From Eledone cirrhosa (Eukaryota): DNA of 64,000 nt. This document shows positions 50,681-63,297 of this stretch, one piece after another; the first letter of the stretch is position 1, and every line of letters starts with the position of its first letter. Below the pieces are notes generated by a model. The model was given only the letters and a program-made list of their open reading frames with translations, ran no database searches and was not told where the DNA came from. The position numbers and the translations under genes were made by a program. The DNA is taken from the NCBI GenBank assembly GCA_964016885.1, contig OZ024746.1:97340001-97404000 (forward strand), given 5' to 3'.

Positions 50681-51397
50681 AGTTTAGATTTGACATCATT
50701 TAAACTAAACACTTTGAGGGGGTTTTAGAGGTACAGCAGCAATAATATTTTTGTTGTTGTTGTTGCCTCTGACCGGGTCATCAAATCAGTCTATTTATAT
50801 CTTTTGATACCTTCCTCACTTAGTGGGAATACTACGATACCTCTGTCTTAACAGAAGGTAGTGGGAGAGAATAGCGGTAGTAGCGATAATGAAGCAGTGG
50901 TGGTGGTGGTGATGTGATAGTAGTACTGTAGTGATGGTGTTGATGTTGTTGAAGTAACAGTTGGTTTGGCTAGATTTGTTGGTGGTGAAATTATTTGCCT
51001 GTTTGTCCACGTAGCCATGTTCCTTTTTTGACTATAACAGTTCTGATCCAAAATTAAATATTAAATATTAAATTCATTTTGTTCAGCAACATTCCATCTC
51101 AGAATTCCCGCACTCTACCTAATAATAGACACAGCTCAGGAATTATTATTATTATTATTATTATTATTTTTACTATTATTAACATCTTCAGTATTTTTAT
51201 GTTTAATTATTTAACTTTTATTGAAATCATTTTCCATAGGGAGAGGATAACCATGGAAAACGTGGGCAGAGGTGGTGAGGGCTGACCTCAGACTGCTAGA
51301 GGTGACAGAGGACATGACAAAGGACTGTGACAAATGGAGAGATGCTGTGCTGAAGAGGACACACCCCACCTTTGCAAGCAGGGAAAAGCTGACATAA

Positions 51398-51516
51398 AAT
51401 GATGATGAGGATGATGGTGATGATGATGATGGTGATGATGATGGTGATGGTGATGGTGATGAGGATGATGGTGATGATGATGATGGTGATGAGGATGATG
51501 GTGATGATGGTGATGG

Positions 51517-51551
<35 letters not shown>

Positions 51552-51980
51552 ACGATTATGATGATGATGATGATGATGATGGTGGTGACGATATGGTGGT
51601 GATGATGATGATGATGATGATGGTGATGGTGATGATGATGATGATGATGATGATGATGGTGATGATTATGATGATGATGATGGTGATGATGGTGATGATT
51701 ATGATGATGATGATGATGATGATGGTGATGATTATGATGATGATGATGATGGTGGTGATGATTATGATGATGATGGTGATGATTATGATGATGATGATGA
51801 TGATGATGGTGATGATTATGATGATGATGATGATGGTGGTGATGATTATGATGATGGTGGTGATGATTATGATGATGATGGTGATGATTATGATGATGAT
51901 GGTGATGATTATGATGATGATGGTGATGATTATGATGATGATGGTGATGATTATGATGATGATGGTGATGATTATGATGG
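51398..51980. repeat. (GAT)n expanded tail of an RTE 3' end (51245-51400)
   Basis: RTE C-terminal remnant DCDKWRDAVLKRT and SINE/LINE tail TTGCAAGCAGGGAAAAG precede the GAT/GGT/TAT array. Confidence 0.85.
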
Positions 51981-53639
51981 TAGCTAGAAATCATTTGGCT
52001 ATTCTAAAAAAAATATTAATCCTTAGAAATAACATATCACATGGAATTAGATTCAAAGTGAAAAATCAAATAGCATCTGTATGAATTCAAAATACCATAA
52101 TGACTAATATGTAATTTTTACTATTTTATGCAATACACTACTTAAATACCAGTAATATAAGTAGCTCCAGTTAAAGACTGAGTTTGTATTGGTCTATCAT
52201 ACAATAAAAAAAACTAAATAAAAACAGATCCTAGATGATGATGATATTTACATATGTAATTTTTCTATGCATATGTGTGAGTTGGATTTAGACCTTGGTG
52301 GGGGCTGGGGCATTTCAGCTTGGGGTAGGGGTGGTCATCATATACAAAAACTTAGAATACACAACAGCTCGACACCACCCCAAATTTTACATATCAAAGT
52401 TAGCTTGTCACAAGTAATTGGAATTGAAAAGTTATCATCATCATCATCAACGTTTAACGTCCGTATTCCACGCTTGCATGGGTTTGGACGGGGGTTTTCC
52501 CACTTGAGGCAAGAGTGATTGTCTTGCTCGCATAGGACTGTCTGGCAGGTTTTCTACAGCTGGATGCCCTTCCTAACACCAACCACATTTACAGTGTGGG
52601 TCTGGGAGGTTTTTACCGTGTTGCCTACACGGCCACATTACAGCGTGGACTGTGTGTTTTTTTGTCGTGACACCTACACGATCTCATTTGTTTTGGCCTG
52701 GATGGTGTGGCACCAACATAACTTTACATAGAAGGGGGTGGTGTGGATGGGGTGGGGGGACGGGGGTGTATTTGTTATACAGGTATTAAATTCAGAACTT
52801 CTAACCATCCTAAAATTAAAAAGCCCAATTGAGAGCACAAATAAATTACTATGGCTGTTGCTAGCTGCCCCTCCACTCCACTGCAGGGGTTAGGGCAAAT
52901 GCCCCCTTTGCCGCCCATTAAATCTAGTCCTGTATGTGTGAGTGTATGTACATGTGTGTATATTTTTTTGCATATACTTCATCATCATCATCATCATCAT
53001 CATCACCGTTTTACGTCTGCTTTTCGACGCTAGCATGGGTTAGAGGGGTTGTCCTGTTGTGGACAGTGTCCGGTCGGCTGACCTTGTCTTGCTCATATGG
53101 GAACTGATTCTGGCTTGATTTCTACAGCTGGATGCCCTTCCTAACACCAACCTCATTTACAGTGAGTGCTGGGTGGTTTTTTGCCGTGGCACCTCCACGA
53201 CCCCTTTGCAGTGGGAGGGTGTGGGGGCATATTGTCTATATAAATATTGATATATAGTGTACCCCCAGCATTCAAGATCCCGGTTATTCATGGAATTTTC
53301 CATAAAACCTGACTAATAATTGTTTTTGGAAACCACCGACCGCCTATTTGCGGAATCATAAATATCTTCCGCAATTTTTTATGGCTATTTTCATTGCAAT
53401 ATATACATACATATACATACATATAAATATATACACATACATAAATATATATATATACATATACATACATATAAATATATACACATACATAAATATATAT
53501 ATATACATATACATACATATAAATATATACACATACATAAATATATATATACATATACATATACATACATAAACATAAATATATATATATACATATACAT
53601 ACATATATACACATACATAAATATATACATACACATACA

Positions 53640-53701
<62 letters not shown>

Positions 53702-53704
53702 CAA

Positions 53705-53735
<31 letters not shown>

Positions 53736-53776
53736 CATATATATACATATATATACATATATATACATATATATAC

Positions 53777-53849
<73 letters not shown>

Positions 53850-53890
53850 TACATACATATATATATACATATATATATATATATACATAC

Positions 53891-53921
<31 letters not shown>

Positions 53922-53962
53922 CATACATATATATATATATATATATACATATATATGTATAT

Positions 53963-53995
<33 letters not shown>

Positions 53996-54384
53996 TAAAT
54001 ACAAATATATATATATATATATATTTGTATTTATAAATATTAACCTATGAATTTTTGTATATATATACATGCATATATGCATTTTCTATCTACATATTGA
54101 CACCTGCAAGTGATTGTATGGCTATTAATATAACATTAGTCATTCTATTATTGAAGTAAAAAAGAGAAAAGACAGATAAATCATCAAAAATCCTAACATA
54201 AAGAATGTTCAGTAAAGAAAGCCTGAGGAGGTAGCCATCACTTCACAATCCATCATGATGTAGCTGAATTTATTCATGTATGCATGTATTTATCAATATA
54301 TTAACACACAAATTGTCTCATGCACGGATATGTGTATAATGATTTGTATGTGTATATATGTATATATACACATACATATCATTA

Positions 54385-54466
<82 letters not shown>

Positions 54467-54467
54467 C

Positions 54468-54514
<47 letters not shown>

Positions 54515-54550
54515 TATACATATATATACACATATATATATACATATATA

Positions 54551-54800
54551 GCGGCGATGAATTAGTTTTGCGAGGTTTTTTTATATGAAATTGTGTGTCG
54601 AAACAAATATTGTTATAGTTGGGGAGGGTCATATTTGTGTAATATTGCCAGAATTAATAACAGAACACATTGAGGACCGAGTAAGTTAGGTTACCGATAT
54701 AAAAGACAGCGAGAAGCGAAAACCAACCAAACAGTGAGTGTGTTCTGTTATTAATTCTGGCAATATTACACAAATATGACCCTCCCCAACTATAACAATA
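54551..54800. mobile_element. Family A-related palindromic element (no hammerhead retained)
   Basis: 54607-54669 is inverted versus 54739-54800; GGGAGGGTCAT motif and tail are similar to family A. Confidence 0.6.
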
Positions 54801-54824
54801 TATATATATATACATATATATAAA

Positions 54825-57005
54825 CCATGATATTGTCGGGGAGAAGTGTGTCCTTAATGATGATGGTGTACTTGCCATCACTGACGCTGATAAGAAGGTA
54901 GCCTGGAAGTGTCACTACGAAAGGCTACTAAATGAGGAGAATAATTGGGAGAAAGACAGTCTCCCCCACATCGATCCAATAGAGGGACCAGCAGTGCTAG
55001 TTGAAGGTAGTATAATAAATAAGGCGATCAAAGACATGAAGACGGGCAAGGCGGCTGGGTCTTCGGAAATAGTTGCTGAAATTCTGAAAGCATCTGGAAT
55101 GGGGGGACACACTATGGTCACCTGGATAGTAAACCAAGTCATACGGAATGGGGTCGTACTGAAGGACTGGCGTAATAGCATCATCATTAACTGCTACAAG
55201 GGTAAAGGAGATGCCCTAGATAGGGGAAACTATAGAGCCATTAAATTAATTGACCAGGTCATGAAGGTCACAGAAAAAGTAATAGCACAACTAATCAGAG
55301 AGAGAATTGATCTAGATGAAATGCAGTTCGGGTTTGTGTCAGGTAAAAGTACCACAGACGCTCTTTTCATTGTACGACAACTACAGGAGAAGTACCTATC
55401 TAAAAGTAAACCCCTATACTTAGCTTTTGTTGACTTGAAGAAAGCCTTTGACAGAGTCCCACGCCCCATTATCTGGTAGGCTCTCAGAAAACTAGGTGTT
55501 GATGAATGGCTTGTGAGAGCTATACAAGCCATGTATAAAGAAACAGCCAGCAAGGTTAGAATTAACAACGAATATAGTGAAGAGTTTAGCGTAAAAGTTG
55601 GTGTTCATCAGGGCTCCGTCCTTAGCCCTCTCCTATTTATTATTGCCCTTCAGGCTATAACAGAGGAGTTCAAGACCGGCTGCCCATGGGAACTCCTATA
55701 CGCAGATGATCTAATGCTCATAGCTGAATCAATGGCTGAACTAGAGAAGAAATTCCAAACATGGAAGCATGGTCTAGAATCAAAAGGCTTTAAAGTTAAC
55801 CTGTCTAAGACTAAAGTTCTAGTAAGTAGGAAGGAAATTAGGGCACTGGTCCCAACTGGGAAATGGCCATGCTCAGAGTGTAGGAAAGGAGTAGGCAGAA
55901 ACTCCATTTTATGTCCCAAATGCAAAGTATGGGTGCATAAAAGATGTAGTGGGATCACAGGTAAGCTAACTAAGAATATAGATTTTATATGTGGCCGGTG
56001 CTCAGGTGCACTAAGTAGCAGCAACTGCCCACAGAATACTAGCTCATTCAATTGCACAGATGGTTCTATAGAAATAGTGGACACCTTCTGTTACCTGGGT
56101 GACAAAATCAGCAGTGGTGGAGAGTGCTCTGAAAGTACAGTAGCTAGAGTCAGAACGGGATGGAAAAAGTTCAGAGAGCTTATACCACTATTGGCCGCTA
56201 AAGGGTTCTCTCTAAAAATGAAAGGCAGGCTGTATGATGCCTGCATATGAACAGCAATGTTACATGGCAGTGAGACCTGGGCATTGTGTGCAGAGAATAT
56301 ATGCAGACTGGAGAGGAACGAAGCTTGCATGCTCCGTTGGATGTGTAATAGTAATATACATGAACGGCAAAGCATAAATGAACTAAGTGAGAAATTAGGA
56401 ATAAGAGGGATCAGATGCTGTTTACACGGGAGAAGACTACGTTGGTATGGTCACGTGATGCGCATGAAAGACGACAGCTGTATAAAAAAGTGCAGGGCGA
56501 TAAAAATAGACGGTAGCCACGTAGTAGGCAGACCCAGAAAAACCTGGGACGACTTGATAAATTCCGACCTCACACACTTACACCTCTCCAAGACAATGTC
56601 ACTGGACCGAGATCTTTGGCACTATGCAGTAATACAGAAGACCCGCCTTGCCTAAGTACAAAGCGAAACCTACAGTCAGTAGGCACCTCTTAACAAAAAT
56701 ACCCCTCCCCCTTCCCACTACCTCGATGTAAAGTTATGTTGGTGCCACAACATCCAGTCCTAAATAAATGAGGTTGTGTAGGTGTCACGACAAAAAAACA
56801 CACAGTCCACGTTGTAATGTGGCCGTGTAGGTAACATGGTAAAAACCTCCCTGTCCACACTGTAAACGTGGTTGGGTTAGGAAGGGCATCCAGCCGTAGA
56901 AAACCTGCCAGACAGTCCTATACGAGCAAGACAACCAATCTTGCCTCAAGTGAGAAAATTCCCGTCCAAACCCATGCTAGTGTTAAATGATGATGATGGT
57001 GATGA
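54825..57005 (+). mobile_element. 5'-truncated RTE-clade LINE (RT + PHD-like finger + 3'UTR, (GAT)n tail); inactivated by stop codons
   Basis: MKTGKAAG, YKGKGDALDRGNYRAIKL, QFGF..STTDA, AFVDLKKAFDRVPR, GVHQGSVLSPLLF, LLYADDL, FCYLG, LHGSETW, RRLRWYGHVMRM, GRPRKTW; in-frame stops near 55477 and 56248. Confidence 0.95.
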
Positions 57006-57109
57006 TATATATATAGTGGTGGAACAGTGGAAGGTAATATCCGTAGTGGTAGAGCACTCAGTCCATGGGACGAGTTAGGTAGAAGTGGTTACACAACAGT
57101 TTCACCATA

Positions 57110-57149
57110 CCGAGAACAATTGTTTCACCTTAGCAGATCCTCAGCTCGG
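57110..57149 (-). ncRNA. Type I hammerhead ribozyme (family H)
   Basis: CCGAG CUGAGGA UCUGCUAAGGU GAA ACAAUUGU U^CUCGG: stem I 5 bp, very short stem II, palindromic stem III. Confidence 0.7.
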
Positions 57150-57461
57150 GATGGACATGGTTATACGGAACAGGAAGGACAACTGTATGAAGGCGCATGC
57201 GCAGAAACCCGGTCACTTCACACAGGCAATACCAGAATGCATGCAGTAGGTGTAAGGGAGATAACTGCGAAAGTTCGAAAAGTTTTTAGTTGATAAGAAA
57301 ATTACAATGATTCAATCTTGAGCTTTGTAGTTATGCAATAGGTGTTTGAAGACGTGTGGACAACGTGTGAAAAATTCATATCGCCTGTGTGAAGTGACCG
57401 GGTTTCTGTGCATGCGCGTTCATACGGTTGTCCTTTCTATTCCATATAACCATGCCCATTA

Positions 57462-57499
57462 CGAGCTGAGGATCCGCTAAGATGAAACAATTGTTCTCG
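57462..57499 (+). ncRNA. Type I hammerhead ribozyme (family H, mirror arm)
   Basis: CGAG CUGAGGA UCCGCUAAGAU GAA ACAAUUGU U^CUCG; stem II is weakened. Confidence 0.55.
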
Positions 57500-57529
57500 G
57501 TGTGGTGAACTAACTGTTGTGTAACCACT

Positions 57530-57561
<32 letters not shown>

Positions 57562-58324
57562 CACACACATATCATTATATATATATATATATATATATAC
57601 ACATACATATCATTATATATATATATATGAGGGCGGTGGATTGGCAGTATCGGTAGAGAGTCGGGCGCCATGCTTTCCAGCATAGTTACGTCCCTTTAAG
57701 ATCTGAGTTCAAATCCCGCCGAGGTTGACTTTGCCTTTCATCCTTACGGGGTCCATAAAATAAAGTACCAGTAATGCACTGGGTAATTGCTGGCCTTGTG
57801 CCTAAAGTAGAAACAATTATATATATATATATATATATACACATACATATCATTATATATATATATATATGTGAAGGCACATGGCTTAGTGGTTAGAGCA
57901 TTGGCCTTGCAATCAAAGATTGTGAGCTCAATTCTCAAACCGGGTGATGTGTTGTTTCCTTGAGCAAGACACTTTATTTCATATTGCTCCAGTTTACTCA
58001 GCTGTAGAAATGAGATGATAGGACTGGGGTCCATATCACTCCACTGCAAAGTGGTCGTGGACGTGCCACGGCAAAAAAGCACCCAGCCCACACTGTAAAG
58101 TGGAGGTGTAGGGGCCACAGAAAAAAAGCACCCAACACTCACTGTAAATGAGGTTAGTGTTAGGAAGGGCATCCAGCTGTAGAAATCAAGCCAGAATCAG
58201 TTCCTGTATGAGCAACGCATGGTCAGCCGACCGGACACTACCCACAACAGAACAACCCGTCTAACCCCTGCTAGCGTAGAAGAACGGACGTAAGACAGTG
58301 ATGATGATGATGATGATATATCTA

Positions 58325-58520
58325 TATAGTAATAATAATAAAATCGAAGACTAAAATCCAAAGAGGGCTCGATAAGGATAAATATATATCAAATATATAA
58401 GAACCGTAGAGCAAATATTTATTAAAATAACAGATTAAAGTTTAAGCAAAGAATCGCTGCTTTCACCCTTAAGATCCCGATTCTTTGCTTAAACTTTAAT
58501 CTGTTATTTTAATAAATATA
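58325..58520 (-). mobile_element. Palindromic TA-flanked element family I (related 28960-29107)
   Basis: atttattaaaataacagattaaagtttaagcaaagaatcg is inverted around an apex at ~58468; GGGUGAAAGCAGC next to the apex. Confidence 0.55.
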
Positions 58521-58536
58521 TATATATATATATTTA

Positions 58537-58740
58537 TATAGGAAAAGAGTCAGGACCCTGACGGCTGAGCTCCGGCCATTTCAACAGCTATTTCTGAACT
58601 CAGAAATAGCTGCCGAAACGACCGGAGCTCAGCCGTCGGGGTCCTGATTCTTTTCCTATTACCCACTCTACTACCCATAGTATCGAGTACTCTGGTACGT
58701 TATGGTCCACCTGGTTCCTTACCACACTTCCTTTGTTATA
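58537..58740 (+). mobile_element. Family B palindromic element
   Basis: Apex GCTATTTCTGA-AC-TCAGAAATAGC; tail ATCGAGTACTCTGG. Confidence 0.8.
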
Positions 58741-58782
58741 TATATATATAAGGTGAAATGGCAAAATTGTTATATATATATA

Positions 58783-59307
58783 TTTCGTTTCTGAATTTGT
58801 TTAGCAAGATTCTTTATCTGAAAACGTGTGTTGAAACCGATATTGTTATACTTTGGGAGGATCAAGTTGCCAATAAGAAACACACGCACCAGTTGCTTTC
58901 ACTCCAATTTATTATAAGTTAAATTCCTAAATTTAGGAATTTATAAATTTCCGGTTGGTTGGTTGGTTCCACAACCAGACGATTGTTCATATATTGTCAA
59001 AGTTCTTTCGTCACACAATCTGTCACCTCTTCAGTGACTGGGGATTCTTTTCTTTGTTTTTGTGCCTCTCCTTTCTTCTGTCCTACGCCATCTTGTTTTT
59101 GTGACACCCAGTCACTGAAGAGGTTACAGAATGTGTGACAAAAGAACTTTGACAATATATGAACAATCGTCTGGTTGTGGAACCAACCAACCAACCGGAA
59201 ATTTATAAATTCCTAAATTTATGAATTTAATTTATAATAAATTGAAGTGAAAGCAACTGGTGCGTGTGTTTCTTATTGGCAACATGACCCTCCCAAAGTA
59301 TAACAAT
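58783..59307. mobile_element. Family A palindromic element, opposite orientation to 32597
   Basis: Tail 58783-58840, arms 58840-59045 / 59107-59307; hammerhead on the minus strand at 58996-59038 (GUCA CUGAAGA G..GAAAGAACUU^UGAC); the plus-arm copy has G12A. Confidence 0.85.
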
Positions 59308-60191
59308 ATATATATATAGTACCAGGTTCAATCGGGGGTAACCACAGTAAGGTACTCAATATATCAGTTGAGTGTATACAACAAATTTAATATAGAAATG
59401 GCTTCTACAGGACTATTACTTTTTCATTCATAGCAAATAATCAGCTATTTCTATATTAAATTTGTTATATATATATATCATCATCACCGTTTTATGTCCA
59501 TTTTTCCACACTAGCATGGGTTAGACGGGTTGTCCTGTTGTGGGCAATGCTGGGTCGGGTGACCATGTCTTGTTCATACAGTACAGATTTTGGCTTCTAC
59601 AGCTGGATGCCCTTCCTAACACCAACCTCATTTACAGTGAGTACTGGGTGCTTTTTGTTGAGTCGCCTACCTGACCACTTTACAGTGTGGACTGGGTGCT
59701 TTGTCGTGACACCATATATATATATATATATATGAAGTGAAATGGCAGAGTTGTTAGAGTGTCAGATTAAATGGTTGATGTAATCCAAGAGCCATGGAGG
59801 TGAATGGTAGTGCTATGGTTTAATAGTCAGTTCCATGTTTCAGCAACTCTGAGTGTAAAAATTATTTCTAAAAGTCATGGGAGCTGTACTGTTTTCTGAT
59901 TTTGTAAGCATGTCTATGAGTGTTAGACATATCGAATTTAAAAATGTGCCCAGGGTTGTTGTTGGAAAGATGGTTAATAATCTTGTGAGTGTCTACCAAG
60001 TCAGTTGCCAGATATTGGAGCTTTAATGTATCCTTGCTCAGGGAAGTAAGGCATTCACATTATGGTAGATATAATACATTAAACATTTAGAATTCTATCA
60101 GATTGTTCATAAACAAAAAAAAAATGTATTTGGAAAACATTTTTAGCAACTCCAGGTGAACAACTACATGCATACAGAAACTGTACACACT

Positions 60192-60225
<34 letters not shown>

Positions 60226-60476
60226 CCAAATTCACTTATGTATTTGTAAACACTGATAAAACCATTCAAATATGCATTTAGCATGTAACATGAAACAAAA
60301 TCTATAAAATAAATCCGGTGCATGTGTGGATGTGCACATGTGGTGCATTTGCATGCATTACTGTGTTGACTTTATGTTAGTAAAAATAGGAAAGCATTAA
60401 CCTTAGCTGAGTTAAGTCAAACTTGTCAGCATTCATAAGAACTATGATAATACAGACATTCCATGTGTGTATTATA

Positions 60477-60993
60477 CAGAGTGACTCAAAAGTAATTCCC
60501 TGTTTTAAAATTCTTATAATTTATTTAACTATAATCTTTACAAGAAATAAATATGAGAAGAATGCGTATAGCATGGAGTTTTAGTTAAAATTCGATATGG
60601 GCACCAGCATTTGCCATCAGCTTCTCAAGCCGCCCGGGAACTGCATCAACCGATTTCACCAGGAATTCTTGTGGGATGGAAGACACAACTTCTCATATTC
60701 ACCCTTCAAGTTCTTCCAAAGTCATTGCTGTGGTAGAGTAGACTTGCTCCTTGAACCAACCCCAAAGAAAAATGTTGCAAGGTGTTAAGTCAGGGCTTCT
60801 GGCAGGCCACTCATGCGGACCACGATGACACATCCATCTCCCAGGGAGGTGATCATTCAGCCATTCACGAACAACAATAGCAAAATCAAATCTTCAATAT
60901 TCTCCCAAGTACTGATAATTGGCCAGATTTCATCTTGCAGCATGGTGAGGTACCTTTCGGCATTCAATAGGGAGTTACTTTTCAATCACCCTG
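60477..60993 (-). mobile_element. Internally deleted Tc1/mariner-superfamily transposon
   Basis: TA|CAGAGTGACTCAAAAGTAATTCCC ... GGGAGTTACTTTTCAATCACCCTG|TA; minus translation EWPARSPDLTPCNIFLWGWFKEQVY..TLEELEG..AGAHIEF. Confidence 0.88.
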
Positions 60994-61064
60994 TATATGG
61001 TATGGTATATTATGTTATGGTATGTTATGGTATGGTATGTTAGGATGTATGTATGTATTTATTA

Positions 61065-61260
61065 TGATTCTCTTTCTTTTAATTTTGAGTACATTTTTGA
61101 CTGGCCACCTTCCTGGTAGCAAGGTTGTAAAAGAAAAAAGAAATTGACATCCCTTGAACCGCAAGAATGTTTTGCAAATGTTGAAGGTGCCAGCTATCGC
61201 AGCCATTTGTAGTCTATGAATTAGGGAGCTGCGCCCTTTGTCCACTAATCCAAGTTCAGT
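61065..61260 (-). mobile_element. Extreme 3' end of another RLE LINE
   Basis: ELGLVDKGRSSLIHRLQMAAIAGTFNICKTFLRF parallels the C-terminus of 61619-62014. Confidence 0.6.
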
Positions 61261-61369
61261 CGTATTTATGTATGCATTTATTTATGTTTGTGTGTGTATG
61301 TATGCATGCATGTAAGTATGTGTGAATGAATGTGTGTGTGTATATATATATATGTGTGTATGTTCTTCT

Positions 61370-62250
61370 GGTTTTATAATTTTATACATTTCTACCAATA
61401 GAGAGGCAGAGTCGGTATCCAACATAGACACAAGACTCATTCATTGGAATTTAGACATAAACTAGGTAGATATGTATGCATGCATGTGTGTATGTGCTGG
61501 TCTGGATGTTATTATATGTGTGGAGGTGTATGTTTTTAGTTATATGTGTTCATGTGCATACACTTAGCATCTGTACATGTGCATACACTTTGCATCTGTA
61601 CATGTGCACATGCAGTTATTAGATGCAGAATCTTCGGAATGTTTTACATATTTTTACTGTTCCATTAATGGATTGTACTTGTAATTTCCTAACTAGTTGT
61701 GTTCTTTCTGTTCCTGTGAAGCCTAGCTTCTCAAGATTTGTATTGAGGCAGTTACTAACATACCCCAGTGCCCCAATAATCACAGGCATAAATCTGAAGG
61801 TGTAATCAGGGTGGAGTATCTGCAGATTTCTCATCAGTTCTGCATAAATATTCTCCTTTTCGCTAATCTTTGATATTATATTGGCATCCGCTGGGCAGCT
61901 AACTTCCTTTACTGTGCATGCTTTCTTTTCCCTGTCCCATATCATAATATCTGGTCTGTTATGCCTGCATTTTATTGGAGTTTTTACTAGAACATTCCAC
62001 CAGTATTTCTTCATATTATGTATGTATCTTTCATATTGCTGTAGCTTGTAATATGTTTATTGTCAGGGCTACCTTTTCTGCGGATTGCATATATATAGTA
62101 GTGTTTTGGCCACTACATCATGCCTCATAGGTAGATAGTACCGCGATGACATCTTTGGACAGCTGCTTATGACATGGGTGACATCTTCGATGTTAATTCT
62201 GCAGAGTCTGCATTTGTTGTCACATCTAGGTGTTTTGCCTGCATCCTTAT
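61370..62250 (-). mobile_element. 3' fragment of R4-like RLE LINE (CCHC knuckle + RLE + 3'UTR)
   Basis: CRLCRINIEDVTHVISSCPK..YYLPMRHDVVAK then RHNRPDIMIWD..EVSCP..KISEK..PVIIGALG. Confidence 0.9.
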
Positions 62251-63043
62251 CTATTTTGTGAATCAGCTATTTTGTATTGATTTCCTGTTCTTGGATTGTA
62301 CGTATGTATGTGTGTATGTATGTGTACATGTGTGTATGCATGTATGAGTGTGTGTGTGTGTATGTATGTGTGTATGTGTGTGTAAGTGTGTATATGTATG
62401 TGTGTGCATGTGTGTATGTATGCATGTGTGTGTATGTATGCATGTATGTGTGTATGCATGTGTGTATGTATGTATGTATGTGTGTGTGTATGTACATATG
62501 TATGTATGTATATGTGTGTGTGTATATGTATGTATTTATGTCTGTGTGTGTGTATGTATATATTTATGTATATATGCATGTATTTGTATATATATATGTA
62601 TAATATACTATCTATATTTCCTATATACTTAGAGGGGCTTACATGAAAATTAGTGAAGGCCTTTATATGGTAAAACTGCATTCTTTATGTTAGATCAAAT
62701 GAAATATTTAAATGCATGCCAAGTGATTCTCTGGCTGAGGCTCTCAGGTGTAAATAGAGATAATTACATTTAAACCACTTAATGGTAAAAGCATGCACTC
62801 TTATGATTTTAGCATACAATTTTACATGCTTTCCTTTTTGTTGTGTTCACATACACATTTAGCTATTAAGTCAGAATAAGCTGCAAATAAAATATAAATG
62901 AAATGTTCTGCAGGTTAATGTGTGACCCTTTTTACAGTTAAACCACCAGCTAGTATTCAAACAGTTGTCAAAAGTTCTTACTAGCATTTAAGTCATAGTA
63001 TGATGAAGGTTAATGTAACCATTGGACTAATTCGTTAATCCAC

Positions 63044-63297
63044 CCATCTAGAACATTTTAGCGCCACATCTAGAGAATAGAAGTCACACATCTAGCAAAT
63101 TAGAGCCATACATTTAGCAAATTTGAGCCACACATCTAGCAAATTTGAGCCACACATTTAGCAAATTTGAGTCACACATCAAGAAAATTTGAGCCATACA
63201 TCTACAGAATTTGAGTCATACATCTACAGAATTTGAGTCACACAACTAGAAAATTTGAGCCACATTTCTAGAAAATTTGAGCCAGACATCTAGCAAA
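63044..63297. repeat. 22-bp tandem repeat, ~11 copies
   Basis: gagccacacatctagcaaattt recurs at 63125, 63147, 63169 and onward. Confidence 0.9.

Larger units (their letters stand above)
57015..57532. mobile_element. Palindromic pLTR element family H with a hammerhead in each arm
   Basis: 57081-57231 is inverted versus 57379-57532; tail 57015-57080 contains CTGAGTGCTC on the minus strand; (TA)n or (CT)n(TA)n flanks. Confidence 0.8.

Noticed and set aside
57027-57293. 88-aa ORF as a Penelope protein fragment
   Set aside because: No RT or GIY-YIG motifs; it runs antisense through the hammerhead arm.
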